A stretch of 64,000 nucleotides of DNA from Antedon mediterranea (lineage: Eukaryota; Animalia; Echinodermata), in the NCBI RefSeq assembly GCF_964355755.1, contig NC_092675.1, positions 18,634,912-18,698,911 on the forward strand, given 5' to 3'. The stretch's first letter is position 1. Each line of letters begins with the position of its first letter. Below the pieces are notes generated by a model. That model saw only the letters and a list, made by a program, of their open reading frames with translations, was not told where the DNA came from and did no database searches. The position numbers were made by a program, and so were the translations under genes. Below are positions 39,101-50,628 of this stretch, piece after piece.

Positions 39101-42100
39101 TGAAAATTATTAATTATTAATCGAAAATTTTAAAGGTGAGGATTGTACGGTCCTAACAGTCAACAAAGCTTTGCTCAGAAGATTATCTTTATTTTTAAAT
39201 GTCATATGTCGAACTGAACAACACCTTAAACATCAGCGCATCACTAACATGCCATGAAAGGTAATTAACCAAGATCAACAGTGTATACTTTGTAAGTAAT
39301 TAGAAAAATGAGAGAAATATGATGTTATACTAAATACATATTTCAAATAATATATAATTGCTACATTAGTGATAGCCTCTTCAAGGATTTTACCCATTAT
39401 CTTAATTACGATCGTTGAGGTTATCTAAGGCTGTCATGCTTCGATTTAATCTGGATCCTTTAGATACATTTTGTGTCTGTGCTCCAATTGCTTTACGACA
39501 TAGATAGAGTATAACTCAGCGGTGAAGGAAAATTAAAAGTGAGCCTTTGTATGCTCAAGCTATAATGGTCACCCGTATGTATATGAGCCATATATGACTC
39601 AAACTGTATATGCCTATCTTTTATTGCTAGAGGCAATCTAATCATGGTTCAATTGGAAAACTTATATAGGTCTGGTTATCGGTAATTTGGAGTATAAGTA
39701 AAAAAAAAGCATGATTATTATAATTGTCAAAAGCAAGTCAATACCACATGTCTTTTGTTATTTTATATAGAAGAAGGCGTGTATCATGAATTACGGATAT
39801 GTTTTATTATTATTATTATTATCAACATGGTTAGACTCTGACATGGTGAGCGTTCGATTACCCATGACATTATGGTAAATCCCTGCGTCGGACTCAATTT
39901 TGCTCGAAATTATAGGACCCTAAGTTCTGTATCACATTCATTGTCGTAATCCGTTTTTAGTGCAGACGTTTTGGAAAAATGTCGTAATGCATATCCTAGG
40001 TCGAGGCAAATCGAAAGATACGACCGTTAGCTCTCTATTTATAAAACCTGTGTATATAACAAACACGTTTTTTAAATATTAGTATATTACTGTTGTTTAC
40101 GCCAGAAACATTCTTAACTGTAAATCGGACTTGTTCGCAATCTGTTAAAATGATTTAAATGAAACGCGAGTCAATCGTTTTTGATTAGCAATACGAAGAG
40201 CTACATTAATTTAGCCTTTTGTACCGTACACGTATATACATGTTGTCACCGTTGATACTGTTGACGATTCGGCCTATAAAAAAACGCTCAGAAACGAACT
40301 TTTTTACTCGATCGACAGCTGCGTAGCCGAGTGGCGCTTTGTGGAACGAAATTTTCCGATTTTATTACGGCAATAAGAATCGTGTTTAATTATTATGAAG
40401 TAATTAAACAAATACTATTTCTACATTTTTGTGTAAAAATAGCATTAATTAATCTTCTCCACCCCTCCCATGATTGCATTTCAATAATAGTTATTACCAT
40501 TGGAATTACACGATTTCAACACGATGATGATCTGACACGTTGTATTACTATCGCTGTATACGATATTTAAGACATACTTATCTGAGACTGATTTAAGTAT
40601 TAGTACTGATGCTTTCAGCTATCTTGACAGCAGTGCAGTATGTCTTTTTCATTACATGTTTTTATAGATGGCTTTGACCTCGATATATCAACATGTTCAT
40701 TATATTTTTTTTATTCTAGAGGTAATTAAAGATTAATATTACGAAAATAAAATTAATAATTTCCCAGTAATATAAATGCGTTTATAATAAGGTTTTTATC
40801 AAAATTTAATTTAGTTTTGTGACTATTGTTAATATATCACTGACTTGAATTCACTGATATTCAACTATGTAATTATTGCGGTATTACCATTTAAGATACA
40901 AAAGTATTGTATAGTTTGTCCAAGCATTGAGGTTTTTAATTATTATACCTCAATGGTCCAAGATACGCTGCTTACCAATAAATAAATAAAAAATTATTCA
41001 CATACATCTGGGATCTTTATCCATTTTCGTTTACAGTTAATCCAGCTACTGATCATTCCGATTTTATTTTTTTTCTGAATGATGAAAGATAATTCTAAAA
41101 TTATTTGAACTGGTTCAAGAGTACCACATACTATTGAACATAGTTTAGGTTTTTTTTTTTTTTTATATAATTTTTGGATTTATATTTACACTAAAGAAGT
41201 CAGTGACCCTTAGTCTTAGATTGGTTCAACTCCCTAATTATTTTTAAAACTAATCATTTTAATATATGTGTAAAACTTAAAGTTGTATAATTGTATTTTG
41301 TATAATATGTTACCAACCCACAATAATACCACTAACGTTCAAAGTATAAATGATGAAATTGAAAATATGTTATACAAATGAAAGAGCTAGTAATCATATT
41401 CTACTAGACTTTATAGTTTGTAGACTATTGTGAAAGCATTATTAATAATATAAAATCGAAAGTAATACCGTTGCATACGTACTGAAATTAGTGAATATAC
41501 TCTTCGATCTATATATCGTAATGCTTCTTATTACTTGAGGCAATGCGATTTATTTTATTGAAATTTTGTTTGGAAAAACTTCGATCGTATATAACATCAA
41601 TTGGATTTACAGAATTAAAATGTTATTTCTTTCTTATGCTCAGCTAATACTAAATAAAATGAAAATAATAGAATAAAACATGTGTAAAACCGAAATAGCT
41701 TTTTAAAAATATTCATAATACCGGTATATTGATGTTGTATGTTATTGTATACACGAATAACGCATGTAAGTAATGATAATTGCAATACAGAATTATTTGG
41801 CATTCAACGATAAATAGTGAAATTGAAAATCGCTTCTTTCAATCAGACAATGAATGAAACTAGTGAAACGGAAACTTTTTTGAATAGATATAAAGAGAAA
41901 AGCGCACTGCTGACAAACACAGTTCTTATTCATCATCAAAGATACAGTGTTAGACCTACGTTCTGTTTTTCCAATTCCAGCCACTTGCCGATTTCGTATG
42001 TAAATAATCGGCAGATAATCTTATAATAAACCCGGCGAATAATGTGTATATGTTCTTTATGTATCTTGTTTATCTATGATTACTTGTTAAGTGCTATGTT

Positions 42101-44545
42101 TTGTTCAACTTCCATGCATTTATATAATGTATTGCAATAATAAAGTTCAAGTTCAAGTTCGTTGACAATAATTATCCCTACTGTATCTAACTGTACACAG
42201 TATCATAGGCAAGTTCCGTGATACACCAGTACATGTTCCCTATGTAACGACTGTATCATAGCCTGGAGCATTAGCATTGCGGAGATACAGCACTCTCTAT
42301 AATTATTCGAAGCCTAATTTATTTTGCTATTAACGCAATATGAAGATTCTTCTTTAATATAAGTGATAGTGGACCTTTACCGTTTCATGTTTTATTTCAG
42401 GCATACACATGAAAAAATGTAGAAGGTAAAATATAAAGCATATTTTTGTTAATGTATCCTAATAAGGGAAATATAAAGATACGTTTTAAACAGCATGTCA
42501 CGATCGTGAAACATAAACCTGAATCAGGATGGAAGAAAATCAAGGATCCTACTTTTCAAACTTAGCGTACGAACTACAAAAATACTACATTTCACTAAAA
42601 AAACATTAATATTCAGAAATCGTTTCGTACATTCAGTTTTGAACAATTCTGAAAATAGAGTTAGCTTGTATTAGTAACTCGTAACGAACAATGCTGTAAT
42701 GTCACAACTGTAGGCCTATATATTATTTACATTACGTACTTTAATAGAAAAGACCGAAAACCGAATGGAAACAAGCAAGGTGCTGAAAAGGTAGGAAATG
42801 GCCGGATGCCAAAAGGTCCACTGTGAAAATGATAAGGTTTGAAAACACTAGTAACGAAAGTCAAGGTGGAAGCGGACTGTAGATCCAGATCTATTTAAAT
42901 AGATAAAAAAACTATATATAGTTTTACTGATGTTGACAATCCTTCAGGTGAAAGTTTAAATTAAACAACCGTAAGGCGATTTATGTAAGACCTACTGAAT
43001 TTTTTTTAAATCTTGTAAAATGATTACATCGATATTAATCTCTAGCCCTGACAAGTATGAGACAAGTTCAGATGACATCTACAGAAGAGCACTTTAGAAT
43101 CTATCATTTCATCTTCTGATATTGATCTATGATAATATAAATATGACTTTATGTAAGTAGAGGTGTAAGTGACCTAAAGCCGAGGAAATGGCAACAATTT
43201 ACACTCATAAAACTAGCAATATAAAATTACTTAACTTTAAGAGAGCAATTAAAACTCCGGATAAGGTTATCCGTCAAACTACAAATACTACATCAAACTT
43301 AGCTGATGAAAAGTATTACAATTAACCAATAATTGAAAACATTCTTAAAACACCGAAATTGATATAATATACTAGTAATTTGTTCACCGTACATCTACCG
43401 TTCGGTTCGGTACTATTCTCTATGCCTGCTATACCAAACCAAATATTAAAAAACATTATAGTTGATGATTAATAGTCACAATAGTTGGTGGTTTGAATAT
43501 TTGTAAACAGCACAGTAAAAGGCAGCATCATAAAATAGTTAATAACTGGTGTAATGGATATTCAAAATGGTTGTAAAGGTAGAAAAAAGCAAAACATCAT
43601 GCATTTGAAAGTCAAAATGCCATGACTGACTAACCTACGATTAAGCGAACCACATCACACTCACACAACATACATATATTGTATGTAATTCATACGATTT
43701 GTAATTAAAATAATGTGTGAAATTTGTCTAAATAAGATTTATTTTTCTGGATGACTGACTCGACTAGAATAATGTATGATTATGCTTATTGATGCTTCCT
43801 TTTGTGGGCTACTTAAGATTTTTTTATTTATTTAGCTTGAAATTGTGTGTAAAATATCTGTTAGTAAGTGGAACAAATGTTAAATCACATAACACAAAAT
43901 CTATTTAAATAAAACCCAGAAAAATAGGTATTGATTAGATCATTGTAATGCGATAAATTATTTCAAACGTGTACAGTTTATCGATGAGGTACTTTAAATA
44001 TGCCACACATTTATTTAAATTAAAGTATACTGCACGCAAAATACCATAATAAATGTCATTACAACGTTATTAACCATATTGAGGTTCTGTTTATAATAAA
44101 AAGTTCATTTTTAAAACATTGCTCATTTCTGACGTGTCAAAAACTGCCATTAGTATTATATCAACATATTTTGACAAGTATTATATTCGCGAGAGACAGA
44201 GATAAGTGAGAATGAGTAGATTTTTTTAACGCTGAACAGACAAAGAGATAGGAATTTTTATTTGCCAAAATAAAACAAAAATCTGCTTAACAAGCAGTGA
44301 GAGTAAAACCGTAATTGTAAACATTAATGAAAAGTGATTTATGTAATTTGACAAATCGATTCACTAAAAAAGCACAAATCATTGTCCGGTTCTGTTTTGT
44401 TAAACAAGTCTTAGAACGTAATGTTTATACTATAATAATAGTGTTTTCCTAATTATAATTGATGATCATAAGAGCCTACTTTTATGCTTTATATTAATGC
44501 ACTAATTTAATAGTCTATAATTGTTTTTTTATAACTTATTTCAGA

Positions 44546-44915
44546 ATGCCTTCAGTGACGCCAGCTTACTTCACGACAGGTGAACAGGACAACTCCAGTT
44601 TCGACTATCAAACTAGTGCAATGTATAGTTACGTAACAGCCCACGACAAAGAACCGTTACCAATTCATACAATATTACTGAAATCAATATCCATAGCAAT
44701 TCTTATTTTTCTGACAGTGTTTGGAAACACTGTGGTCATTACTATTATAGTCAAGAACAAGCAGCTTCGTGGCACTACTTACTACTATCTTTTGAACCTT
44801 GCTGTGGCCGATATCACCATCGCCATTTTCACTGAGTGGACGCTGTTGGTTCACGAACTAAAACGCTACTGGATCTTTGGAGAGTTCATGTGTAAATTTT
44901 CCACTGTGTTCCAAG
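44546..44915 (+). CDS. GPCR coding exon (N-terminus to TM3)
   Basis: atttcag acceptor 1 nt before ATG; donor GTATGA at 44916. Confidence 0.9.
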
Positions 44916-47437
44916 GTATGAATGTATAGTCTAATATGGAGTCTTTGGTTTCCATTATCATATTATTATCATTACACAGTAGGCTTATATAATATATAAG
45001 CCTACTGTAGATACAATAATATATTATAAACATGATATTAATCTTCTAAAAATGTAATAGCGTTTCGACGTGTTATGATCATCTAATGAATGTTTAGGTC
45101 AAAAAATAATAAGAAAAAAAAAACAAATACCCACATTTTTTGTTCATTAATAATAAAAGACATTGATATGAATAGAGGCAATTAATCTTGTGACATCTTT
45201 CAAATTCTTATGAAATTACCATTTGTATTCTGATTTTTAAAGGAATATCGATACACGTCAGCATTCTTACATTGACTATCATCGCAATCGACCGATACTT
45301 GGCGATCGTTTTCCCGCTTAAATCACGTGTGACGTCACGGAATGGTGGAGCAGGAATATTCATTCTGGCAGTGTGGTTGACAGCAATTTGTGTGAACATA
45401 CCTCTACTGCTAAACACGGGTTATCAGGAATGGACATATCCTGATGGACATTACAGAGCATACTGTTTCGAGGAATGGTCTAATCCTAAATTACCCGCTA
45501 TTTACACAACAGTCTTATTTGTGGTCATCTATATTGCCCCAATGAGTTTGATGATTTTCGTTTATCTGACGATTGCAACAAAACTACTGGTCTCACGTGC
45601 TCCGGGTGAGAGGATTGAGTCTACTGTATCGAGCCAAGAACGAACAAAACGAAAGGTGACGATCATTTTTTTAATTTACCGTGAGCTGTATTGTATTTAA
45701 ATACTTAACACCATCAACATTTTTAGCTTTTACAAGAGAACATATACCTATTTATACCTAATTCAATTAATCAAAGTTGTTTCTCCATTGAGTGAGTACT
45801 CGCATGTCAATGTCAATTAAAAATTTTGCCAAAATGTCTGCGTCACAGGATTTCTTGAAATCGTGAACTAAATCATTTTACATCTTTAGGTGCTGAAGAT
45901 GTTGGTAGTTGTGGTATGTTCGTTTTCATTCTGTTGGCTGCCTTACAACGTCGTATACATGTATATGTCATGGAACATAGACGTAAGTTGAATGGCGATT
46001 TATCTTCAATACAAAGGCTATCCGCGCAAAGAGATAAGTGCTTCGATTTAGAAATTTAACAAAATCACCCTATTGGTGGTGCCACACACTAATCGCATTT
46101 TACACGGATGGCGTCTCATAAAATTTACCTTTTTCTAACTCATCGCAGTAAACACGCGTGGTCATGTTCTTGCAGTTTTATTTATTGTTTCCCAACCAAA
46201 TTTCAACTTCTCTCATTATTTTGTTTGCTTGTTTGTCCCGGCCTTTGTAGCATCCAATTAGTTTCTACTTCATAACTCGGCAACATGTTATGTTCTTTCT
46301 TGCCGTGATTTTCAGAATAAAGCATTTTATCCAAACCATTAAGTCTATGATTGTGTTTGTTGTTGTTATTTGTTGTGTTGTTGTCTTCTCTGCCTTTATG
46401 CACACCCTGTGGATGCACAATACTATTTTTTTGACAAAAAGTCCGAAACGACGGCCTGTAATTTAAAAGAACTTCACCCTTATTCTCCTAAAACGCTAAT
46501 CGTCGTTAGACATTGCGCGTCTCACTTGTGTTCGCCACTCATTACGTTTTTGAGCAAGCATGGGATTGTGTATAGGTCCGCGTGTGAAAAGTTCTGTTTC
46601 CTTTTTTATGTTTGCCATCCATGTTGTTTTTGGTCTTCCTTTTGGTTTTTTGGTCTTTCTCTGAGCCTCTCCGAGTGCGATCTTAGCTGGTGTGTTTTCA
46701 TTTAAACGGAGCAGGTGACCATACCATGTCAGCCTTCTTTTCTTTACGTTCTTACTCCACTCAATTTCTCCTGTTCTTTTGTACAAATCTTCATTTTTTA
46801 TTTTCTCCGGCCACCTTATACCTATTATTCTCTTTAGGAATTTTCTTTGAAAGACATCGATTTCGCTTTTTAGTGATGCTGTCATTGTCCACAGTTCACA
46901 ATTATACAGAAAGATGCTTGTAATGTATACGTTGAAGACTCTCATTTTCAGATTTATTGTTATTTTTCTATTTTGGAGTATGTGATTTATCTTGCTGAAA
47001 GCTGCTAATGCGAGACATTTTCTGTTATTAACATCCTCTCTGGGTCCCAATTTACTTCCAAGGAATTTGCAGTTTCGCCAGTCTTCATTTCCTTTCCTTT
47101 TTATTTTAAAATCTTCGGTTTTTGACGCTTATTAGTTTCCAGTAATTGTAAACAAACCTTTTGATGAAAGTAAATGTTAGGTTATATAACAATTTATGTT
47201 TTCTGTTTTCAGTATGAGCCAGACAACAGAATATTGTTTGCCTGTCTGTGGCTGGGCTACGCAAACAGTGCACTCAACCCGTTCATTTACTGCGGATTCA
47301 ATGAAAACTTTCGTCAAGGTTTTCTACAGATTCTAACATGCAACTCAAAAAAGTATATAAGGGTCAACAAAGAGCAATACAGCAAAAAGACGTACCCAAG
47401 TCACACAGACAAGACAATTATCGAGCAAGGTATCTGA
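44546..47437 (+). CDS. Class A neuropeptide GPCR, RFamide-receptor-like (NPFFR/SIFamide-R/QRFPR neighbourhood); exons 44546-44915, 45243-45655, 45890-45982, 47213-47437 (~366 aa)
   Basis: Phases consistent (1,0,0); TM1 GN, TM2 [26 protein letters not shown]2 [44 protein letters not shown]. Subfamily assignment is by motif memory only. Confidence 0.9.
45243..45655 (+). CDS. GPCR coding exon (TM3 DRY to ICL3)
   Basis: ttttaaag acceptor; [19 protein letters not shown]; donor GTGACG. Confidence 0.9.
45890..45982 (+). CDS. GPCR coding exon (TM6; absent from ORF track)
   Basis: catctttag / GTAAGT; [31 protein letters not shown]. Confidence 0.9.
46175..47133 (-). mobile_element. 5'-truncated RTE-clade LINE (RT C-terminus + 3' UTR), antisense in the last GPCR intron
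   Basis: [62 protein letters not shown]; AATAAA near 46180. Confidence 0.88.
47213..47437 (+). CDS. GPCR last exon (TM7 NPxxY and C-tail)
   Basis: ctgttttcag acceptor; NSALNPFIY; TGA at 47435-47437. Confidence 0.9.
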   Translation, partial: YEPDNRILFACLWLGYANSALNPFIYCGFNENFRQGFLQILTCNSKKYIRVNKEQYSKKTYPSHTDKTIIEQGI

Positions 47438-48503
47438 TAGGATCAGCTGAAAGAGTAGGCCTACTTTTTAAAATGCATACACCTTTACCCGATGAAGTAC
47501 AAGGCACAAAATGCGCAGCTGTTTAGGTGCTTTTGAAGTAATCTACGTCGCTCAAGCTGCAAATTACGACAGTACCATTACGCAATCCTTATCATCTTGT
47601 AATGGTAAGTGCAGAGTATGGCGTGTTTCATGAACGTCACAGTTGATAGAAAGACGTCATGAAAATTGGACCTTTAATGTTAAAGTGTGCTAAGTTGTGA
47701 TGTCACAAATATACACACACACACACACACCAGATGTCCTGTCTGCTGCTCTTGTAACGACAGTGAGTTCATTACACAATCATGGTATACTATATTAACA
47801 TCAGGCCGAAGTATTTTGATCACGACACTTAATAAACAATGATTTTAATTTTCAACGAAAAAGAAATCAAATACATACAAAATATAACACGCAAGTTCTT
47901 TTTTTTAATATCATACTTGTGAATAATACTTTTAGATTTGTTTACAAGTTAGAAAGAAACACCGTGCTATAGTGCTAGTTTTGTATTCGTGTGAAATAGG
48001 CCTATACTTACACAAAAGATGGAGCTTATAACCGGGTTTGTAATTTATTATTCTAAATGTAAGATTTCTATAAAAAAAAAAAATAGAAGCATTGATCCAG
48101 GAGCAAAATATTTGACACGACAGGACACTGACTATGAAACCTTACTTTGACATATTTGGTGATTTTTCTAATTACAATATAGAAACGGTTACCAAATTTA
48201 TTACGGTATAAATGTTAACAAATAACATTACTTTGGCCTGAAATACCAAAGATAAAATAGACACGATACATGACCCCACGCCAACAGCAGACGATAGGCC
48301 TAATATTCAATTTCGTTTATTAGTATTATTATTATATTATTAAAATATCGAAATTACTGAAAGGGAAATTTGCATAACATCAATCAATGACTTTTAAAAA
48401 ATATATTGAAATATGTTTCTTCGTTCATTTCGTAATCCTATCTTATGCCAAATGTGAAGAAATAAGACAATTTAATCTGATTGACTTAATTAACGTTTGA
48501 CTG

Positions 48504-48505
<2 letters not shown>

Positions 48506-48546
<41 letters not shown>
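48506..48546. repeat. (TA)n microsatellite
   Basis: About 20 TA units. Confidence 0.95.
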
Positions 48547-48549
<3 letters not shown>

Positions 48550-48656
48550 ACAATAGGCAAAGAACATTAATTCTAAACCGCCCGGTGATATACTGAAATT
48601 TAATTAATTAATTTGAAACGATAAAGATGAGGAAATCTGTGAGAATGAGAAAAAGT

Positions 48657-48728
48657 CGCCCCAACCGAGACTCGAACTCGGACCGCCTGCTTGATATGCA
48701 GATGTCCTAACCATTAGACCACTGGGGC
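48657..48728 (-). tRNA. tRNA-like gene with intact cloverleaf, anticodon ATC (nominally Asp); may be a repeat-borne tRNA lookalike
   Basis: GCCCCAG TG GTCT AATGGTTA GGAC A TCTGC ATATCAA GCAGG CGGT CCGAG TTCGAGT CTCGG TTGGGGC G; all four stems pair (with G-U); 72 nt; A/B boxes; TTTTT after 2 further nt. Confidence 0.6.
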
Positions 48729-49053
48729 TTTCATGGTATTGTTCGAACTCGATTGGACTGTTTGTTGTTTAATGTGTATTGAAATATAGATTGTAAAAAG
48801 TAAAACATGTAGTCTATTTATGTAAATAATTGAGAGTATTTAAATGTCATTGACATTTTCGACTCCGAAACTGAAATTCAAAACCTGGAATATTTATTAG
48901 AAGAATAATAAACCTGTACTTGATTCACTGTTTATTCGTTATTGGTTATGTTAATTAAAACAAAGTATAAATCTTGAAAGAATTTCATTTAGCTTCGATT
49001 TTGTATAGATGACAAATTTCGTTTTTGTAAAAGCACAAGTTAACGGAGTACTT

Positions 49054-49097
49054 ACTCGAACGTTTCGATCTCTATCAGAGATCCTTCTCAACAGACT
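49054..49097 (-). ncRNA. Second copy of the hammerhead-like motif in the inverted 5' pLTR
   Basis: Reverse complement reads agtctg TTGAGAA G GATCTC TGATA GAGATC GAAA CGTT cgagt. Confidence 0.55.
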
Positions 49098-49196
49098 CCG
49101 GAGTGTTAATGCAGCTTGGTCATTCTTGACGTCATCTGTTGATGACGTCGTACGCCTCCGGTTGTAGGTTGTAGGTCTATACAAAATCGAAGCTAA

Positions 49197-50628
49197 ATGA
49201 AATTCTTTCAAGATTTAAGAGAAAAATATGGTCAAGAAACCATCAACATCGTACGCAAACAGGAAAATATCGCGAAGAAAATTTCACGGCAGAGAAATCA
49301 CCGGGTATTCTCCCTTCATTGTAAGCGGTTGGACATTACCCCTTCGAGCCTGAAATTATATCGACCGATCAAATCGTCTAAAGCAGAGGAAATAATAAAA
49401 CATGCAGAAAGACAGCTTTTACGCGAGAGAATAAGAATCACCACCAACAAAATCACACAGTTAGAAGGCAAAAAGAGAGATTTAAATGAGGAAATCGTAT
49501 CGCTAATTCCCAACGGAGGGGACATCACCAATGTATGTAATCACGTAAACAAAGTGTGTGAAGCGGAATTCTTAAAATGCCGATCACGACAACAAAACAA
49601 ACTGTTGTGGTGGAAAAACAAAGCAGAAAACGCAGCTAGAGATTTACATCAAGAACAGGATTTATCCGGTAAGATCTTAAGAGAAAAATGGGTGGTAAAT
49701 CTGTCTAGTAAGTTGGTTAGTGAGGACGAAATATCAGCATTACAAAGGGGATTGAACTATGCGGCGAGCCCACGATCCATGCCCATTGACGATCTCATAG
49801 TAGCGGCTGAAAAAGCGGCTGATCTCGTCCCCCTGGAAGAACAAGACACCGTTCGCAGTAAAATTGTAGCTATTGTAAAATCTACCACTCTACCACCTTC
49901 AAATTTAACCCCCAAAGAACGAAAGGCCATAAACAACTTGAAGAAAGATAAATCTATTCTTATTCTCCCAGCGGATAAAGGTAGATCTACTGTCATCCTA
50001 AATACTAATGATTACAAAGATAAAGTGGGAACCATGGTGAGCGACACTAATGTTTACGAACTGCTAAAACGTAATCCAACACAAAACTATAAACGAAAAG
50101 TGGTCAACATCATAGGCAGGTTGTTCAAAGAAAAGAAAATCAACTACAGAGAGAAAGAATGGCTGTTTCCCACGGCTGAAATTGTACCTAGGTCGTATTG
50201 TCTTCCGAAGATACATAAACCAAATCGGCCATTAAGACCTATAGTAGATAACATCAACACCGTTTTTTACACCGTTGCACAATTCCTCACCAAAATCCTG
50301 GGTCCACTTGTCGGAAACACAGAACATTATGTAACTTACTCAGGAGAGTTGGCGAGTGAACTAAAAGAAATAATAGTCAAACCAAGTGAAACATTTGTCT
50401 CGTTTGACGTAGTATGTCTGTTTACAAAAACACCAGTAGAAGAGGCCCTCAAAGTTGTCGAAAATCGCCTAACAACAGATCCGACACTTCTGGATAGAAC
50501 TAAACTACATGTGACAGACATAATGGAGCTCCTACGGTTTAATTGTGAACAAAACCTATTTCTCGTTCAATGGTAACATTTATAGGCAAATACAAGGCAT
50601 TGCTATGGGAAGCCCAATAAGTCCTATA
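49197..50628 (+). pseudogene. PLE ORF 5' half (N-terminal domain + RT motifs 1-4)
   Basis: 459-aa ORF, +1 frameshift at ~50538-50540, then NKTYFSFNGNIYRQIQGIAMGSPISPI up to the insertion. Confidence 0.92.

Noticed and set aside
21100-44500. Many 60-110 aa ORFs in the HADH-GPCR interval
   Set aside because: Low-complexity AT-rich translations with no domain motifs or consistent splice structure
48951-49211. 86-aa minus-strand ORF over the inverted pLTR
   Set aside because: By-product of the fold-back structure; no recognisable motif
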